A stretch of 64,000 nucleotides of DNA from Dictyostelium discoideum (GCA_000004695.1 CM000152.2:5920001-5984000), one strand, 5' to 3'; counted from the stretch's first letter, positions 1-20,580 are shown. Notes: generated by a model not told the origin, from the sequence alone. Numbers and translations are program-made.

Positions 1-582
1 GATTAAAAATAAAATCCCAAACCCACAGATCCAATTTTTAATTTTCTTTTTTTTTTTTTTTTTTTTTTCAAAAAAAAATTAAACCCAACATTTAACTTTT
101 TTTTTTATAAATAAAAAATTAATAAAGTAAAAATGAAAAATAATTGTAGAAAACTTTTTTCTTTTATTTATTTTTTACTTTGTTTAAACAATAGTTAATT
201 TAATACTAATTCATTATTAGAAAACATTGACTTTAATTCTAATACCAATAATACCTAACAAACTAGCCATAATGTCAGAATTAATTAAACTTGGTAATGA
301 ATGACTACGTTGAAGACGTTCACTATTGAAACCTTATTTAATAATTATTCATTTAAATTTTAGTTTATGATTATTTGATTAATAATATGAGAAATGATGA
401 AATAAAAAAAAATTTTAAACAATTGGAATTTATATAAAATAAAATTGTAATTTTTAAAAAGTTTAAAAAAAAATATTAAAAGTATAAATAACATTTTCAG
501 ATTACAGTTTTTTATATAATGAATTATTTTAAATGTGGTAATTTTGCAATAAAATTAATTCATTCTGGTTTGATTACAATTT

Positions 583-629
583 AAAAAGCATATAAATTTA
601 TATGTTGCATATAAATTTATATGCTTTTT
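583..629. repeat. perfect 22-bp inverted repeat (aaaaagcatataaatttatatg / catataaatttatatgcttttt) with 3-nt spacer; hairpin/cruciform-capable
   Basis: Read directly: 583-604 is the exact reverse complement of 608-629. It lies about 520 bp upstream of the giant ORF start. Confidence 0.8.
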
Positions 630-1038
630 AAATAAAAAAAAAAAAATTTTTTTGGTTTTTTGAATCTTTTTATTTTTTTTTAATTTTAAAAATAGATATG
701 GATAATTGATCACTTTAGTTTTTTTGTTTATTTCCAACTTTCAAAATAATTAATTTAAACTTAATGTATTTTTTAGATTTTATTTTTTTAATGCGTATTT
801 GGTTTCGTTTTAATACTTTTTTTTTTTTTTGTTTTTTTTTTTTTTTATGAGTCATCTTTCACTCATTGATGCGAGCAATCATTTTTTTTGATCAAATTAT
901 TTTATTTATTTCGAATTAAATTTTTTTTTTTTTCAAAAATAAAAAAAAAAAATAAAATAAAAAAAAAAAAAACAAAAAAATCTTTTTTTTTTTTTTATAA
1001 AAAAACTTCAATGGTTAACAAATAGAAATAAATAAATT

Positions 1039-1040
<2 letters not shown>

Positions 1041-1071
<31 letters not shown>

Positions 1072-1073
1072 CA
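1041..1073. repeat. (ACAT)2(AC)n microsatellite
   Basis: acatacatac(ac)12 seen in sequence, about 75 bp upstream of the ATG at 1147. Confidence 0.9.
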
Positions 1074-1146
1074 TTTATATAAACATAGAATTTTTTTTAT
1101 TATTTTTTTTTTTTTATGATTTCCATTTTAATATTTGTAAAATACT

Positions 1147-10200
<9,054 letters not shown>

Positions 10201-10269
10201 TTAAAAGGTGATAATAGAAATTTTTTTAGGAATTTTTTTTTTTTTATTTTATTATTTATTTAATATATT

Positions 10270-12022
10270 TTATATTTTATATAATAATAAACCCATTACC
10301 TGTACACTATAAACTTTTAAATTTTTAATATCATTAAAATTTGTTGATTCTTGTTGATTATCATTATTTATGAAATTAAAATAAATTAATTCTTCATTTT
10401 CACCACCTGCTAATAATCTACAACCTTGAAGAGTTTCATCATAGTATGAAATTCTTTTAATATATGGGTAATCTTTATCAAGTTCAAATGTATGAATTGT
10501 AAGATTTGAATTTGAATTATCAAAGTTTACTAATAAATTACCATTAATAGTATGATCACCATTACCATTAAAAGTTTCATTATAAATTAAAAATTCATTT
10601 CCATGGAAATCTTTATAAAAACCTGCTAAAAATGAATTTGGGATAATTGGAATTTCTTGTTTAATAAGATAATTTTCAATTTGTTGAATTTTAGATGCTT
10701 CTTCATTTAATAGGATTTCATATATTGGTACTAAAATATCAATTGTTGAATTAATATAAATATCTGGTGAATTAATATCTGATAATGATGAAAAGAAGAA
10801 TCCTAATTTTAATGGTCTAACAAATGCCATATTTGAGTGGTATCCTGTTAAATCACCATTCTTTGCTGATATCCAAATTGAATTACTTGTATCATATGTA
10901 TGTAAAAAAGGTATACCATAAACACTAAATCCGTCTCTTAAAAGGTTCATTGGTGAAAATAATTCATTTAATGTTGTTTCTTCTAAATAAAATGATGATT
11001 CACTCTGTTGCTGATTTTCATCACTTAATAAGAAGATCATAAATTTAGCCATATCATTAGCAGTTGAAAAAATGCCACCACCTGGTGAATTCCAACCAGC
11101 TGGTGAAATTGGAGCAATTGAAAAACTACCATTACTCTTTTTATATAATCCAATTGCCATATTATCTTTAACTTTTTCATCATAATTAAATGTAGTATTA
11201 TCCATTCCTAATGATTTAAAAATATTATTTGTAACCCAGTATTCATATGCTTGTTGTTCTTTCATTGTTTTTTTCATTTTTAATGATTCACCTAAAACTC
11301 TACCAAGTAATGAAAATCCTAAATTTGAATAATGTGATAAAATATTTGGTTGTTTTGAAATTAAAAATTGTTTTGATAATTTTGAAAGTATGACTTTATC
11401 ATTACATTTATTTGTTCCATAATCAATTCTATCACATGGAGTCTCTCTTGCCAAACCACTTTGATGAGATGCCAATTGTCTAAATGTAATTTTTTCATTT
11501 CTTTTATCTTTATAAATTGAATTAATTTTAAATTGTGGGAAATAATCACGAATATCATCATCCAATGAATTTATAATACCTTGATCTCTTAATTTAAACA
11601 TCATTAATGATGTAAAAGTTTTTGTAATACTTGCAATTCTAATACTTTTGAAATATAAAAAAAAATAATAAAAAAAAATTATTATTAAAAATATAAAAAT
11701 AAAAAACAATTTTTTAATATCATAAAATTATTTCATACTTATTATTAAGAGTTAAATTTAAAGAATTTTCATCTAATGGATTTATTTTTCCATATGCTTT
11801 AGAGAAAATTATTTCATCCTTGTATACGATAGTGGCAATAAATGATGAAATATTATCTGATTTCATTTTTGTTTGAATTAAATTATCAATTTCATTATAT
11901 GCTTTTAATAATAAAGGATGATTTTGATCAATTTTTATTGGTTTTGGATATGTTGGACATGTTTTAAATAAATTTAAAAATGTAAATATTAAAATTATTA
12001 TATATTTATAATTTGTATTCAT
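10270..12022 (-). CDS. secreted beta-lactamase-like serine hydrolase (class C / family VIII esterase-type), 2 exons: 12022..11739 and 11644..10270
   Basis: Exon 1 carries a signal peptide ([19 protein letters not shown]). Donor aat aa|gtatga at 11738 and acceptor ttcaaaag| at 11645 are in phase and give ...[30 protein letters not shown], with the S-x-x-K nucleophile motif (SITK) and a YSN motif (HYSNLGF). The intron position is identical in the paralogue next door. The ORF-track start at 11709 is a non-ATG artefact. Confidence 0.8.
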
Positions 12023-12393
12023 TTTTTAATTTTTTTTCTTTTTATTAAATTTTTTTTATTATTTAATTTTTTTTTTTTTTTCTTTCTTTTTTTTTTTAAA
12101 AATAAAATAAAAAAATTTTTTAATAATTAAATTAATTTAATAATTCCATGAAAGTTGAGGGGTGATCAATATTTACACACACACACCCACTTGGTAAACA
12201 GTTACTTTTTTTTTGTGTGGGTTTTAGTGGTAAAGTGTAAAATCTCATTTTTATCTTTTGGTGATGTTTTATAAATAAATTAAAAAATAAAAATAAACAC
12301 CCCAAAAGTGAACAGAAAAAAAAAAAAGAAAAAAAATAAAATTAAAATTTATTTTTATTATATTTCTATTATTAGAATAAAAACTATTTAAAA

Positions 12394-12797
12394 CTATTTA
12401 AATAATAAAGAACCCATAATTTGAACACTATAAACAAATAAATTATTTATATCAATATTTTGATTATTATTATTATTATTAAAATCAATAATTGTACCAT
12501 TAATATCTTTAAAAGTGAAATAAATTAATTCATCATTACTTCCACTAGCTATTGTTCTACAAGTTGGTATTGATTCATTATAGAATGAAATTCTTTTAAT
12601 ATATGGATATTCATTATCAAGTTCGAATTTATTTAAAACTAAACTTGCACCATTATAACTTACTAATAATCTATTTAAATAATCACCATATGTTGTTTGA
12701 TTTAAAATTAAAAATTTATTACCATAATCATTTGTATAAATTCCAATTAAAAGTGAATGAGGGATTTTTGAAATAAAAATAGATTCCATAGTATTAT

Positions 12798-12844
<47 letters not shown>

Positions 12845-14183
12845 GAATTTGAACTTGTTGTTGTTGAATTAATTACTGAATCTATTGCTGCTTGTTCTAA
12901 TAATTTTTTATAAACTGGTATTAAAATATCAATTGCAGCATTTGTATAAACATCGCTACTACTAACACTTGTTAATGATGAAAAAAATAAACCTAATTTG
13001 TATGGTTTTACAAATGCAATATTTGATACATATCCTTGTAAGTCTCCATTTTTTGATAAAATCCAAAGAGAATTATTGGTACTATACGAATGTAAAAATG
13101 GCATACCATAGGAAGCAGACCCATCGTTTAACAAATTACTTGGTGAAAATAATTCATTTAATGTTGATTCTTTTAAATAGGATGGTGATCTTATATCTAG
13201 TGAATTATTATTCATACCTAATAAATGTATCAATAGTTTACCCATATCTCTTGCAGTTGAAAAAACACCACCACCAGGTGAATTCCAACCTGATTTTGTC
13301 ATTGATGGTATTGAATATTTACCATTATTATTTACTAATCCTGGTGCAGTATTATTAATAATATCTTCATAATTGAATGTTGTATTATTCATTCCCAATG
13401 GTTTAAATATATTATTTGTAACCCAATATTCATATGGCTCTTGTTCTTTCATTCTTTTCATTCTTAATGATTCACCTAAAGTTCTACCAAGTAAAGAATA
13501 TCCTAAATTTGAATAATGTGATAAAGTAGTTGGTTTTGAAATTAAAAATTGTTTTGATAATTTTGCTAAAATAATTTTCTCTGTACAATTACTTGTTCCA
13601 AATTCATTTCTATGACATGGTGTCTCTCTTGATAAACCACTTTGATGTGATGCCAATTGTCTAAATGTTATAAACTTTTCTTCTTTTTTTTTAAAAATTG
13701 ATTTAATCTTAAATTTTGGGAAATAATCACGAATATCATCATCTAATGAATTAATTATACCTTGGTCTCTTAATTTAAACATCATTAATGATGTAAATAC
13801 TTTTGTAACACTTGAAATTCTAAAACTAAATAATAATTATTTTAAATTAAAAAAACATATAAAAGATTTTTTTAAAATAACTTTTTAATTTCTTTAAATA
13901 CATACTTATGATCAAGAGTTAAATTTGGTGAGTTAATATCTAAATAGTTCAATTTACCATATGCTTTTGAAAAAACAACTTTGTCCATGTAAACAATAGT
14001 TGCAACAAATGATTTAACACCATCAGCTTTCATTTTACTTTGGATTAATAAATCAATATCATTATAAGCTTTTAATAATAATGGGTCATTTTGATCAATT
14101 TTAATTGGTAAAGGATAAGTTGGACATGAATATAATAAATTAGCAAATGTAAATAACAAAAATAAATATAAATAATATTTCAT
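12394..14183 (-). CDS. tandem paralogue of the beta-lactamase-like hydrolase, 2 exons: 14183..13906 and 13825..12394
   Basis: Signal peptide [17 protein letters not shown]. Donor cat aa|gtatgt at 13905 and acceptor tatttag| at 13826 give ...[30 protein letters not shown], collinear with the neighbour. SVTK and HYSNLGY motifs present. A (CAA)n-encoded poly-T tract is inserted at 12790-12850. Confidence 0.8.
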
Positions 14184-14888
14184 TTTTTTTTTTTTTTTTT
14201 TGATAATAATATAATAATTATTTTATTTTTCATTTAAATAGTTAATTTTTTTTTTTTTTTTTATTAAATTGAATTGATTATAATAAATTCGAAATCCTGA
14301 TTAAAAAATTTGTTCGAATTCATCTTAGATAGTTGTAAATTTGTAGGTATTAAATGAGAAATCTATCTGATCTTATTCTAAACTAAAATTTTATTAGAAA
14401 TCCATCATTTTTATTGTTTTAATTTTGTTGAAAAAAAAAAAAAAAGTGTTTTGGGCAATTGAATATTATTGGTCAAAACAAAACAAATCTAAATGTTTTC
14501 AGTTGGACTCTTAGTGGGACGAATAAAAAAAAAAATTAAAAAATCTATTTTTGTCATTTTTTTTAAAATTTGAAAAAAAAAATTTTTCATTTTTTAATGT
14601 TGAAAAGTAAATTCTAGAACACCCAAAAATACACGATAATATAAAATGTAAAAAAATGGATGAGATCATATAAAAAAAAAAAAAACAGAATAATCTAATT
14701 CATATTTTTTAAAAATTTATTTATTTTTCATTTTTTGTAATTGTTATTATTACTTAAAAAAAAAAAAAAAAAAAAAAAAAAAGTAGTTGTAACTATTTAA
14801 TTAAATCTTTTTTTTTTTTTTTTCTTTTTTTATTTTCTTTTTAAAAAAAATAATAAATAAATAAAAAAACTATAAATTAATTTATTAT

Positions 14889-16399
14889 TTAAAAATCGAA
14901 TTGACCCTTTGTTAAATTAAATTCATCAATTATGGTATTATTGATGTTTGCAACAAATTGCCAATTTAAGGTTGTTGAATTAATTACATTTAATAAACCA
15001 AATCCATTGATCGAAGTTCTAAGACCAGTTGTCCATTGTTGAGATGGTTGCCAAATCATATCTTCACCTTCAACATCGCCACCAGTACCAACTACAATGT
15101 GAACTGTTGCTTTTGGTGATTCAACGTCACCCATAATTTTATTTTTAAAAACTGGTAAAGTACGTTCATAAGAATGAGCATGACCAGAAATAAATAAATC
15201 TACATTATATTTATATAATAAATCTTCTAATGACCATAAATATATTTTTTTACTTTCAACAACATCTATATTTGAACACCAATCCCAAACTACTGAACAA
15301 TAAAATGGACCTTTAAAAAATTAATATTATTAATAACCAAACACTTTTAAAAAAATCTTTTTTTTTTTAAAAATTAATTTAAATTTTTTATACATACGAT
15401 GAGAATACATTACAATCCATCCATTTGGATTTGATTTACGATATTGTTTTAAATCATTTTCAATCCAAGTATGTTGACTTGATAATGGGAAATAGTCATG
15501 TTCACTCGAAAATCCAACAAAATGAATACCATTATAATCATAAGAATACCATGAATCACTTTCAAAATCTACTGGCATTTGCCATGTTTTTGTATAAACT
15601 GATAAATCTATAAATCTATCATGATTACCTTTTTTTTATTATTTAAAAAAAAAAAAAAAAAAAAAATCAGTAAATCTATAAATCTGACAATGACCAACTT
15701 TTTTTTTATTTTTAAAAAAAAAAAAAATAAAAAAAAAAAGAAAAAATAATAATTACCTGGACATGTTAAATAGGGTAAATGAGAAGATAATGGTGAAATT
15801 GAATTTTGAAATTTATTCCAAATTGTTTGATTACCTGGTAAATTATATGGTTTTTGTTTATCAGCATAAGCAATATCACCAACATGATGTAAAATTTGAA
15901 TTTCATTTATACGTGATATTAAATTATCAACAGTGTAAACATCTGAATTTAAACTATCACCTTCAATCCAACCCATATCACCAAAGAATGATGTTGTGAA
16001 TGGAATAACTTTACCAAATGGTGCATCGAATTGATTGGTTGTAAAATTAAATATTGAACTCCAAATATTCAAACTCTTATCACCAACACAATAGAAATAC
16101 ATTGTTGATGGTGATAATGATGACATTACAGCTGTATTAATTTTACCATCAAATCCAATCGTATCATAAGAAATGATTTCACCAATTGATGTGAATGATG
16201 AATCTTGAATTGGTTCAAACATCTCTGTACTAAATAAAACGGTTGGAGCTTTGGTTTCATTAATTGTATACCATGTTACTCTCATTTGATCTTTTGATTT
16301 TGTAAAAGCCAACTTTATTGATTCAGGTATTACATTTTCTGTAAATACATTTGAAATATTTAAAAATAAAAATAAAAATAAAATAATAAATTTATCCAT
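14889..16399 (-). CDS. purple acid phosphatase (metallophosphoesterase), 3 exons: 16399..15757, 15628..15398, 15310..14889
   Basis: Signal peptide MDKFIILFLFLFL. PAP metal-binding motifs GDIAYAD, GNHD (split across intron 1: ...LTCPG|NHDRF), and GHAHSYER in exon 3. Junctions cca g|gtaatt...aaaag|gtaatcatgat and cat c|gtatgt...tttaaag|gtccatttt are phase-consistent. Confidence 0.85.
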
Positions 16400-17206
16400 T
16401 TTATTTTATTTCTTTAATAAAAAAAAAAAAATTAATAATTAAAAGTTGGAGAGAAAAAAAAAAATAAAAATAAAAAAATGGGTTTGGTTTGTTTTAGGCC
16501 TAAAATAAATAAATTAAATATCTTAAAAAAAAACATTTGGCCAAAAGTTTTTTTTTTTTTTTTTTTACATTTTTCGGTATAATCGGAATAAAATTTTAAT
16601 TTTGTTTTGTTTGGGGTGTGAAAATGAGAAAGCGGTGTGACTTTTTTTGAGGTGATATTTGCAGTATTTGGGAAAATAAAAAAAAAACATTTTTTTGAGT
16701 ATAATTCTTAGGAAATCTTATCACAAACATTAAAAATAGATTTATTTATTAATTTTTTTTTAATTTTTTAATTTTTTTTTAATTTTTTTTTTTTTTTATT
16801 TTTTTTTTTTTTTTTTGAGCAAGGGTCGAAAATATCAGCGAACTATACCAAAAAAAACAAAAAAAGCTTTTTTTATTTGTTTTTTTAATGTAATTAATTG
16901 ATTTGTAATTTTGAGGACTATTGGAAAAAATAATATTTTTAAAAAGAGTTTGTGGCTTCAAATTAAATAATAATTATAGTGTGAGAATTTAAAAAAAAAT
17001 AAAAAAAATAAAAGTGATTAAGTCTTATAACCTTTTTAATTTTTTTTTAATTTTTTTTTTTTTGTTAAAATTAGTTTCATAAATAGAAAAAATATCTAAA
17101 TAATTTGTCCATATTTTTTTAATTAATTTTTAATTTAAGATACAATTATAATTTTGATTAAATTTAAATAGAGATTATTTTTGGTCTAGTACAACTAAGT
17201 TTTAGG

Positions 17207-17217
17207 GGAATCGAACC
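17207..17217 (-). promoter_or_regulatory. extra B box (GGTTCGATTCC) about 30 bp downstream of tRNA-Leu
   Basis: Minus-strand GGTTCGATTCC matches the Pol III B-box consensus GGTTCGANTCC. An extra B box downstream of tRNA genes is a known Dictyostelium feature. Confidence 0.5.
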
Positions 17218-17247
17218 TTTGATTCAAAGAGCATTCTTAAAAATTAT

Positions 17248-17329
17248 TGTAAGCTAAGGGATTCGAACCCTTGTATCAATGATATTGCAGCCTTAATGCA
17301 ACCCCTTAGACCAGCTCGGGCAAGCTTAC
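17248..17329 (-). tRNA. tRNA-Leu (anticodon AAG), 82 nt, type II with long variable arm
   Basis: Hand-folded: acceptor GTAAGCT/AGCTTAC+A, D-loop GGTCTAA, anticodon stem TTGCA/TGCAA with loop TTAAGGC (U33, AAG, G37), variable hairpin TATCATTGATAC, T-arm AAGGG-TTCGAAT-CCCTT. Confidence 0.85.
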
Positions 17330-17339
17330 TTTTTTTGAA

Positions 17340-18025
17340 ATTTTATTAATAATATCCTGTTAAATATAGGTTTTTTTATAATCAATAGCAAACACCTTCC
17401 ATTTAAAGAAATTAAAAAAATAATATACATGAAAGGTAGAGACCTATTATGGAGATACACACTTAAAGCACTACCAAAAATATACAACATGCCATGCCAA
17501 CAGTGTCGGGAAGATGAGACTTCAGAACATATATTCTTCGACATCAAAAACACACAAGAAATCTTCAACTACACCTTAACCAAGTGTGGACACCACTCAC
17601 ACCTGGAATGTTAAGATTTTAAACCATCTACAAATTGCACTAATAGCCAATTTAATAGCTATTATATTCGAAAAAATTTGACACAAAAGAAACAAACTCA
17701 TCCACGATGAAATAGAAATAATAATTCATAGACAACAAGTCATACGTGAACTATTTAAAACACAAAGAGCTGCATGGGACAGAACACAAGCGGCTATAAA
17801 CAAAACATTAAAAATCAAATCAAAGCAACGGCAAGAAGAACAAAATAAATTAGACTCATTAATCTCGCTAAAGCTATTACAATTTAGCAGACAATGGAAC
17901 TCACCTCTTCACGCAATAGCACTTTCCAAACATCTCAAAAAATACAATAATTCACTCAGTACTCTCTATAAATAAAAAAAAATAAAAAAATAAAAAAAAA
18001 ATAAAAAAAAAAAAAAAAAAAAAAA
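17340..18025 (+). mobile_element. 5'-truncated non-LTR retrotransposon 3' end (ORF2 C-terminal Cys-His motif + 3' UTR/C-module + oligo(A)), TRE5-type position beside the 5' end of tRNA-Leu
   Basis: ORF 17429-17614 ends in a C..C...H..F..C-type motif (CQQCREDETSEHIFFDI...CGHHSHLEC) typical of L1-like ORF2 C-termini. Non-AT-rich 3' UTR with GCTGCATGGGACAGAACACAAG, terminating in an A-rich tail at 17970-18025. It is head-to-head with tRNA-Leu; its 5' boundary is inferred, not read, but the nearest element-like sequence begins within about 50-100 bp of the tRNA 5' end. Confidence 0.6.
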
Positions 18026-18041
18026 CCTGGAACCCAAGTTA

Positions 18042-18343
18042 ATCAGAAAATTTCCAGATTTTTAACTTTTTAAAGTAAAATAAAAAAAATAGAAAGAAAA
18101 AAAGATGAAAATTACAAACAACACCACAAATATAAAGCAACACAAATGCCTACAAGAAATAAGTGAAATTGTGGATAAAACTCAACCAAAAAAAAACCAA
18201 TTCAAATACGTCATAAACATCAATCATGAAGCTGATGATAAAATAAAAAAAGATTTAGAAAAAAATTTGGACAAAAAAGATGTTTTAATCAAAAGTAATA
18301 ATCCAATTCAAAATTCGAAACAAAAAAAAAAAAAAAAAAAAAA
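18042..18343 (+). mobile_element. short A-tailed element fragment beginning with the 29-nt motif ATCAGAAAATTTCCAGATTTTTAACTTTT (motif also upstream of tRNA-Thr)
   Basis: Sequence-complex segment with a small ORF (18105-18347) ending in A22. The 29-nt 5' motif is identical to 61631-61659. Confidence 0.35.
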
Positions 18344-18397
18344 GTAAACTAACCCCTCTTTTAGAGACCCTGTAAAAAAAAAAAAAAAAAAAAACTA

Positions 18398-18625
18398 AAA
18401 ATAAAATGAGATCTAGCATCTCAAGGAGAAGCAACTTTTTTTTTTTTTTACCTAAAAGCGGTGTATTGTTATATTTTATTACATTTTTAAATTTTTAGAT
18501 TTTAAATTTTTAAATTTTTATATTAAGGAGAAGCAACTATTTTTTTTTTTTTACCTAAAAGCGGTGTAGGAGAAGCAACTTTTTTTTTTTTTTACCTGTG
18601 ATCAGACCTTCAAGGAATGTCCTTG
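18398..18625 (-). repeat. array of oligo(A)-terminated retroelement 3'-terminal modules (minus strand: ...CCGCTTTTAGGT-A14 / ...TGATCACAGGT-A14), each followed by AGTTGCTTCTCCT
   Basis: Three copies of aggagaagcaact+T13-15+acct(aaaagcggtg|gtgatcagacc) on the plus strand, i.e. poly(A)-tailed ends on the minus strand. The same modules recur at 20237-20435. Confidence 0.6.
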
Positions 18626-18692
18626 TGTCTTTTCGGCGGTGTTTGTTAAACGATTTTATTTTTATTATTCAATTGTATTAAATTTTTTAAAC

Positions 18693-18740
<48 letters not shown>

Positions 18741-18745
18741 ACTAC

Positions 18746-20236
18746 TTAAATTTGAAGAGGGTTCGGAAATGCTGGGGTTTGCCAGGCTTTGTTGAATTTG
18801 TATTTGTGAAGATCTTGATTGGTGTTTTTTAGTATTGCTTCGTCGTGTTTGATTTTCTTTAGTGTGATGAATTTTTCAGTTTCGATGAGATTTAGTAATT
18901 CTGTTTCTATGACCTTTTGCTCGAATTTTGGCTCTGGTTTGCTTTCATCAGTGTTGAACAATTTGTGACAGATTATCTTCCATAATTGGTGTGCTATTAT
19001 TCCTATGAGATTGGGGAAGATTCTCTCAGTTCTGTTGTATTTTGATATGTCTAAGGTATCCATTGACCATCTGTGGATTTTGATGAATGATAATTTGTTA
19101 ACTGTTGATATGATGGTTTTTTCAATATCTAGGATATCTTGGCATAGAGTGAAGAGGTGAGAATAAGGGTCTCTGAATAGGTGGCCACAGATCTTGCATC
19201 TGGTGTCTCTTTCGTGGTTGATACCTGGAAGTGATCTTGAGAAGAATCTGAAGAGGGTGTTTCTACCTTTTTGGTGAGAAATGCTGTTGATGTTTATGAA
19301 TACTTTGGGTATTGCTGTGTTGTATCTCACCGCCCATAACTTCTGCCATTCTGTTCTTCTTGGTGTTGGGTGTCTGTCTTTGATCATGAGTTCGTAAATT
19401 TCTTTCAGTTTTAGTGGTTCATCATTGTCGTTTCTTATACAGTCTGGAAGTTCATTTATCTTTGGATGATTTTGGTAAAATTTGACTCTGAATACACCCC
19501 AGTGTCTGCACATATCGTTGAGGGTTGAAGTGTGGGCTTTTTTCTACTTAATTGCTCCATGTACCATTCTTGTAAAGTATTGTTGTTGTTGTTGTAGTTG
19601 TTATGGAGTAGCCTGTTCATGTACCAGATTTTGAATGCTATATGTCTTAGTTCTATATCCCATAATTTTATGCCTCCTTCTTTCCAATCTGCATATGCTC
19701 TGTCTATTTTCATCATAGTTTTGTATTTTCTCTCTTCTGTATATGTATTCTTAACTGAGGAGAATAAGAACCATCTGGTCATGTTATTTATTTCCTCAAT
19801 TTGTTCTTCATTTAGATTATCCATGTATTGATGGTATGTTAATTTGGATAGAACGTATGTTTTGAGAATTGTCATCTTTGCCTTCATCGTTATTGCTTGT
19901 GATTTCCATTTTATTAGATTGTTTTTCATTTCTTGGATTAAAGTGTTGTATTTTGAATTTAAACCTGTTTTGGTGAAATTGAGGCCAAGATATCTTTCTG
20001 GGACTGTACTCTCTTGGAATGGTAGATCGTGTGGTTTATCTCCTATTGCCATCATTACTGTTTTCTCTTTGTTTAACGATGATGATGTTGCTGAGCAGTA
20101 CTTTTGGATTTTAGTATTAATTTTCATTAGTTCTTCTGTGGAGTTTGTAAAGGTTGCTATGTCGTCAGCAAATGCAGTGAGTTTTAATGATTTGGAATTT
20201 GGTAGAGTGAAGCCTTTGATTGTATTATCATTGTAG
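18746..20236 (-). mobile_element. non-LTR retrotransposon ORF2 remnant (RT thumb + C-terminal CCHC region), frameshifted/5'-truncated; TRE3-type position downstream of tRNA-Val
   Basis: Two overlapping-frame minus ORFs (18746-19513, 19456-20127) with L1-like RT C-terminal motifs (YLGLNFTKTGLNSKYN..., CKICGHLFRDPYSHLFTLC). Same strand as tRNA-Val and starting about 80-270 bp downstream of it. Flanked by the poly(A)-module repeats. Confidence 0.7.
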
Positions 20237-20435
20237 GAGAAGCAACTAATAATTGCGTTATCTTTTTTTTTTTTTTACCTAAAAGCGGTATATTGTTATA
20301 TTTTATTACATTTTTAAATTTTTAGATTTTTAAATTTTTAAATTTTTATATTGTTATATGTTGATATTTTTGGTTATATTATTATAATTGCGTTATCCAA
20401 TTTTTTTTTTTTTACCTGTGATCAGACCTTCATGC
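20237..20435 (-). repeat. second copy of the oligo(A)-terminated terminal modules (AGTTGCTTCTCCT / CCGCTTTTAGGT-A15 / TGATCACAGGT-A14)
   Basis: Near-identical to 18398-18625, including the 70-nt taatataaaaatttaaaaatttaaaa(a)tctaaaaatttaaaaatgtaataaaatataacaata block. Confidence 0.6.
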
Positions 20436-20506
20436 GTTATCCAATTCAAAAAAAAAAAAAAATATAGGTTTTTTAAATGTAAATTTAAATGAAAAATATT
20501 AGTTTG

Positions 20507-20580
20507 TATTCAGAGCGGGAATCGAACCCACGACCTAATCCGTGTTAAGGATTCGTGATAACCGACTACACCATCCGAAC
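20507..20580 (-). tRNA. tRNA-Val (anticodon AAC), 74 nt
   Basis: Hand-folded: acceptor GTTCGGA/TCTGAAT (two G-U) + A, D-arm GTGTAGTCGGTTATCAC, anticodon stem AATCC/GGATT with loop TTAACAC, variable AGGTC, T-arm GTGGG-TTCGATT-CCCGC. Nearly identical in D-arm and anticodon arm to metazoan tRNA-Val(AAC). Confidence 0.85.

Noticed and set aside
17161-17247. Possible second tRNA or tRNA pseudogene downstream of tRNA-Leu (AAGGTTCGATTCCCCT)
   Set aside because: Only a B-box/T-arm-like segment is present, with no acceptor, D or anticodon arms. It is better explained as the extra B box typical of Dictyostelium tRNA loci.
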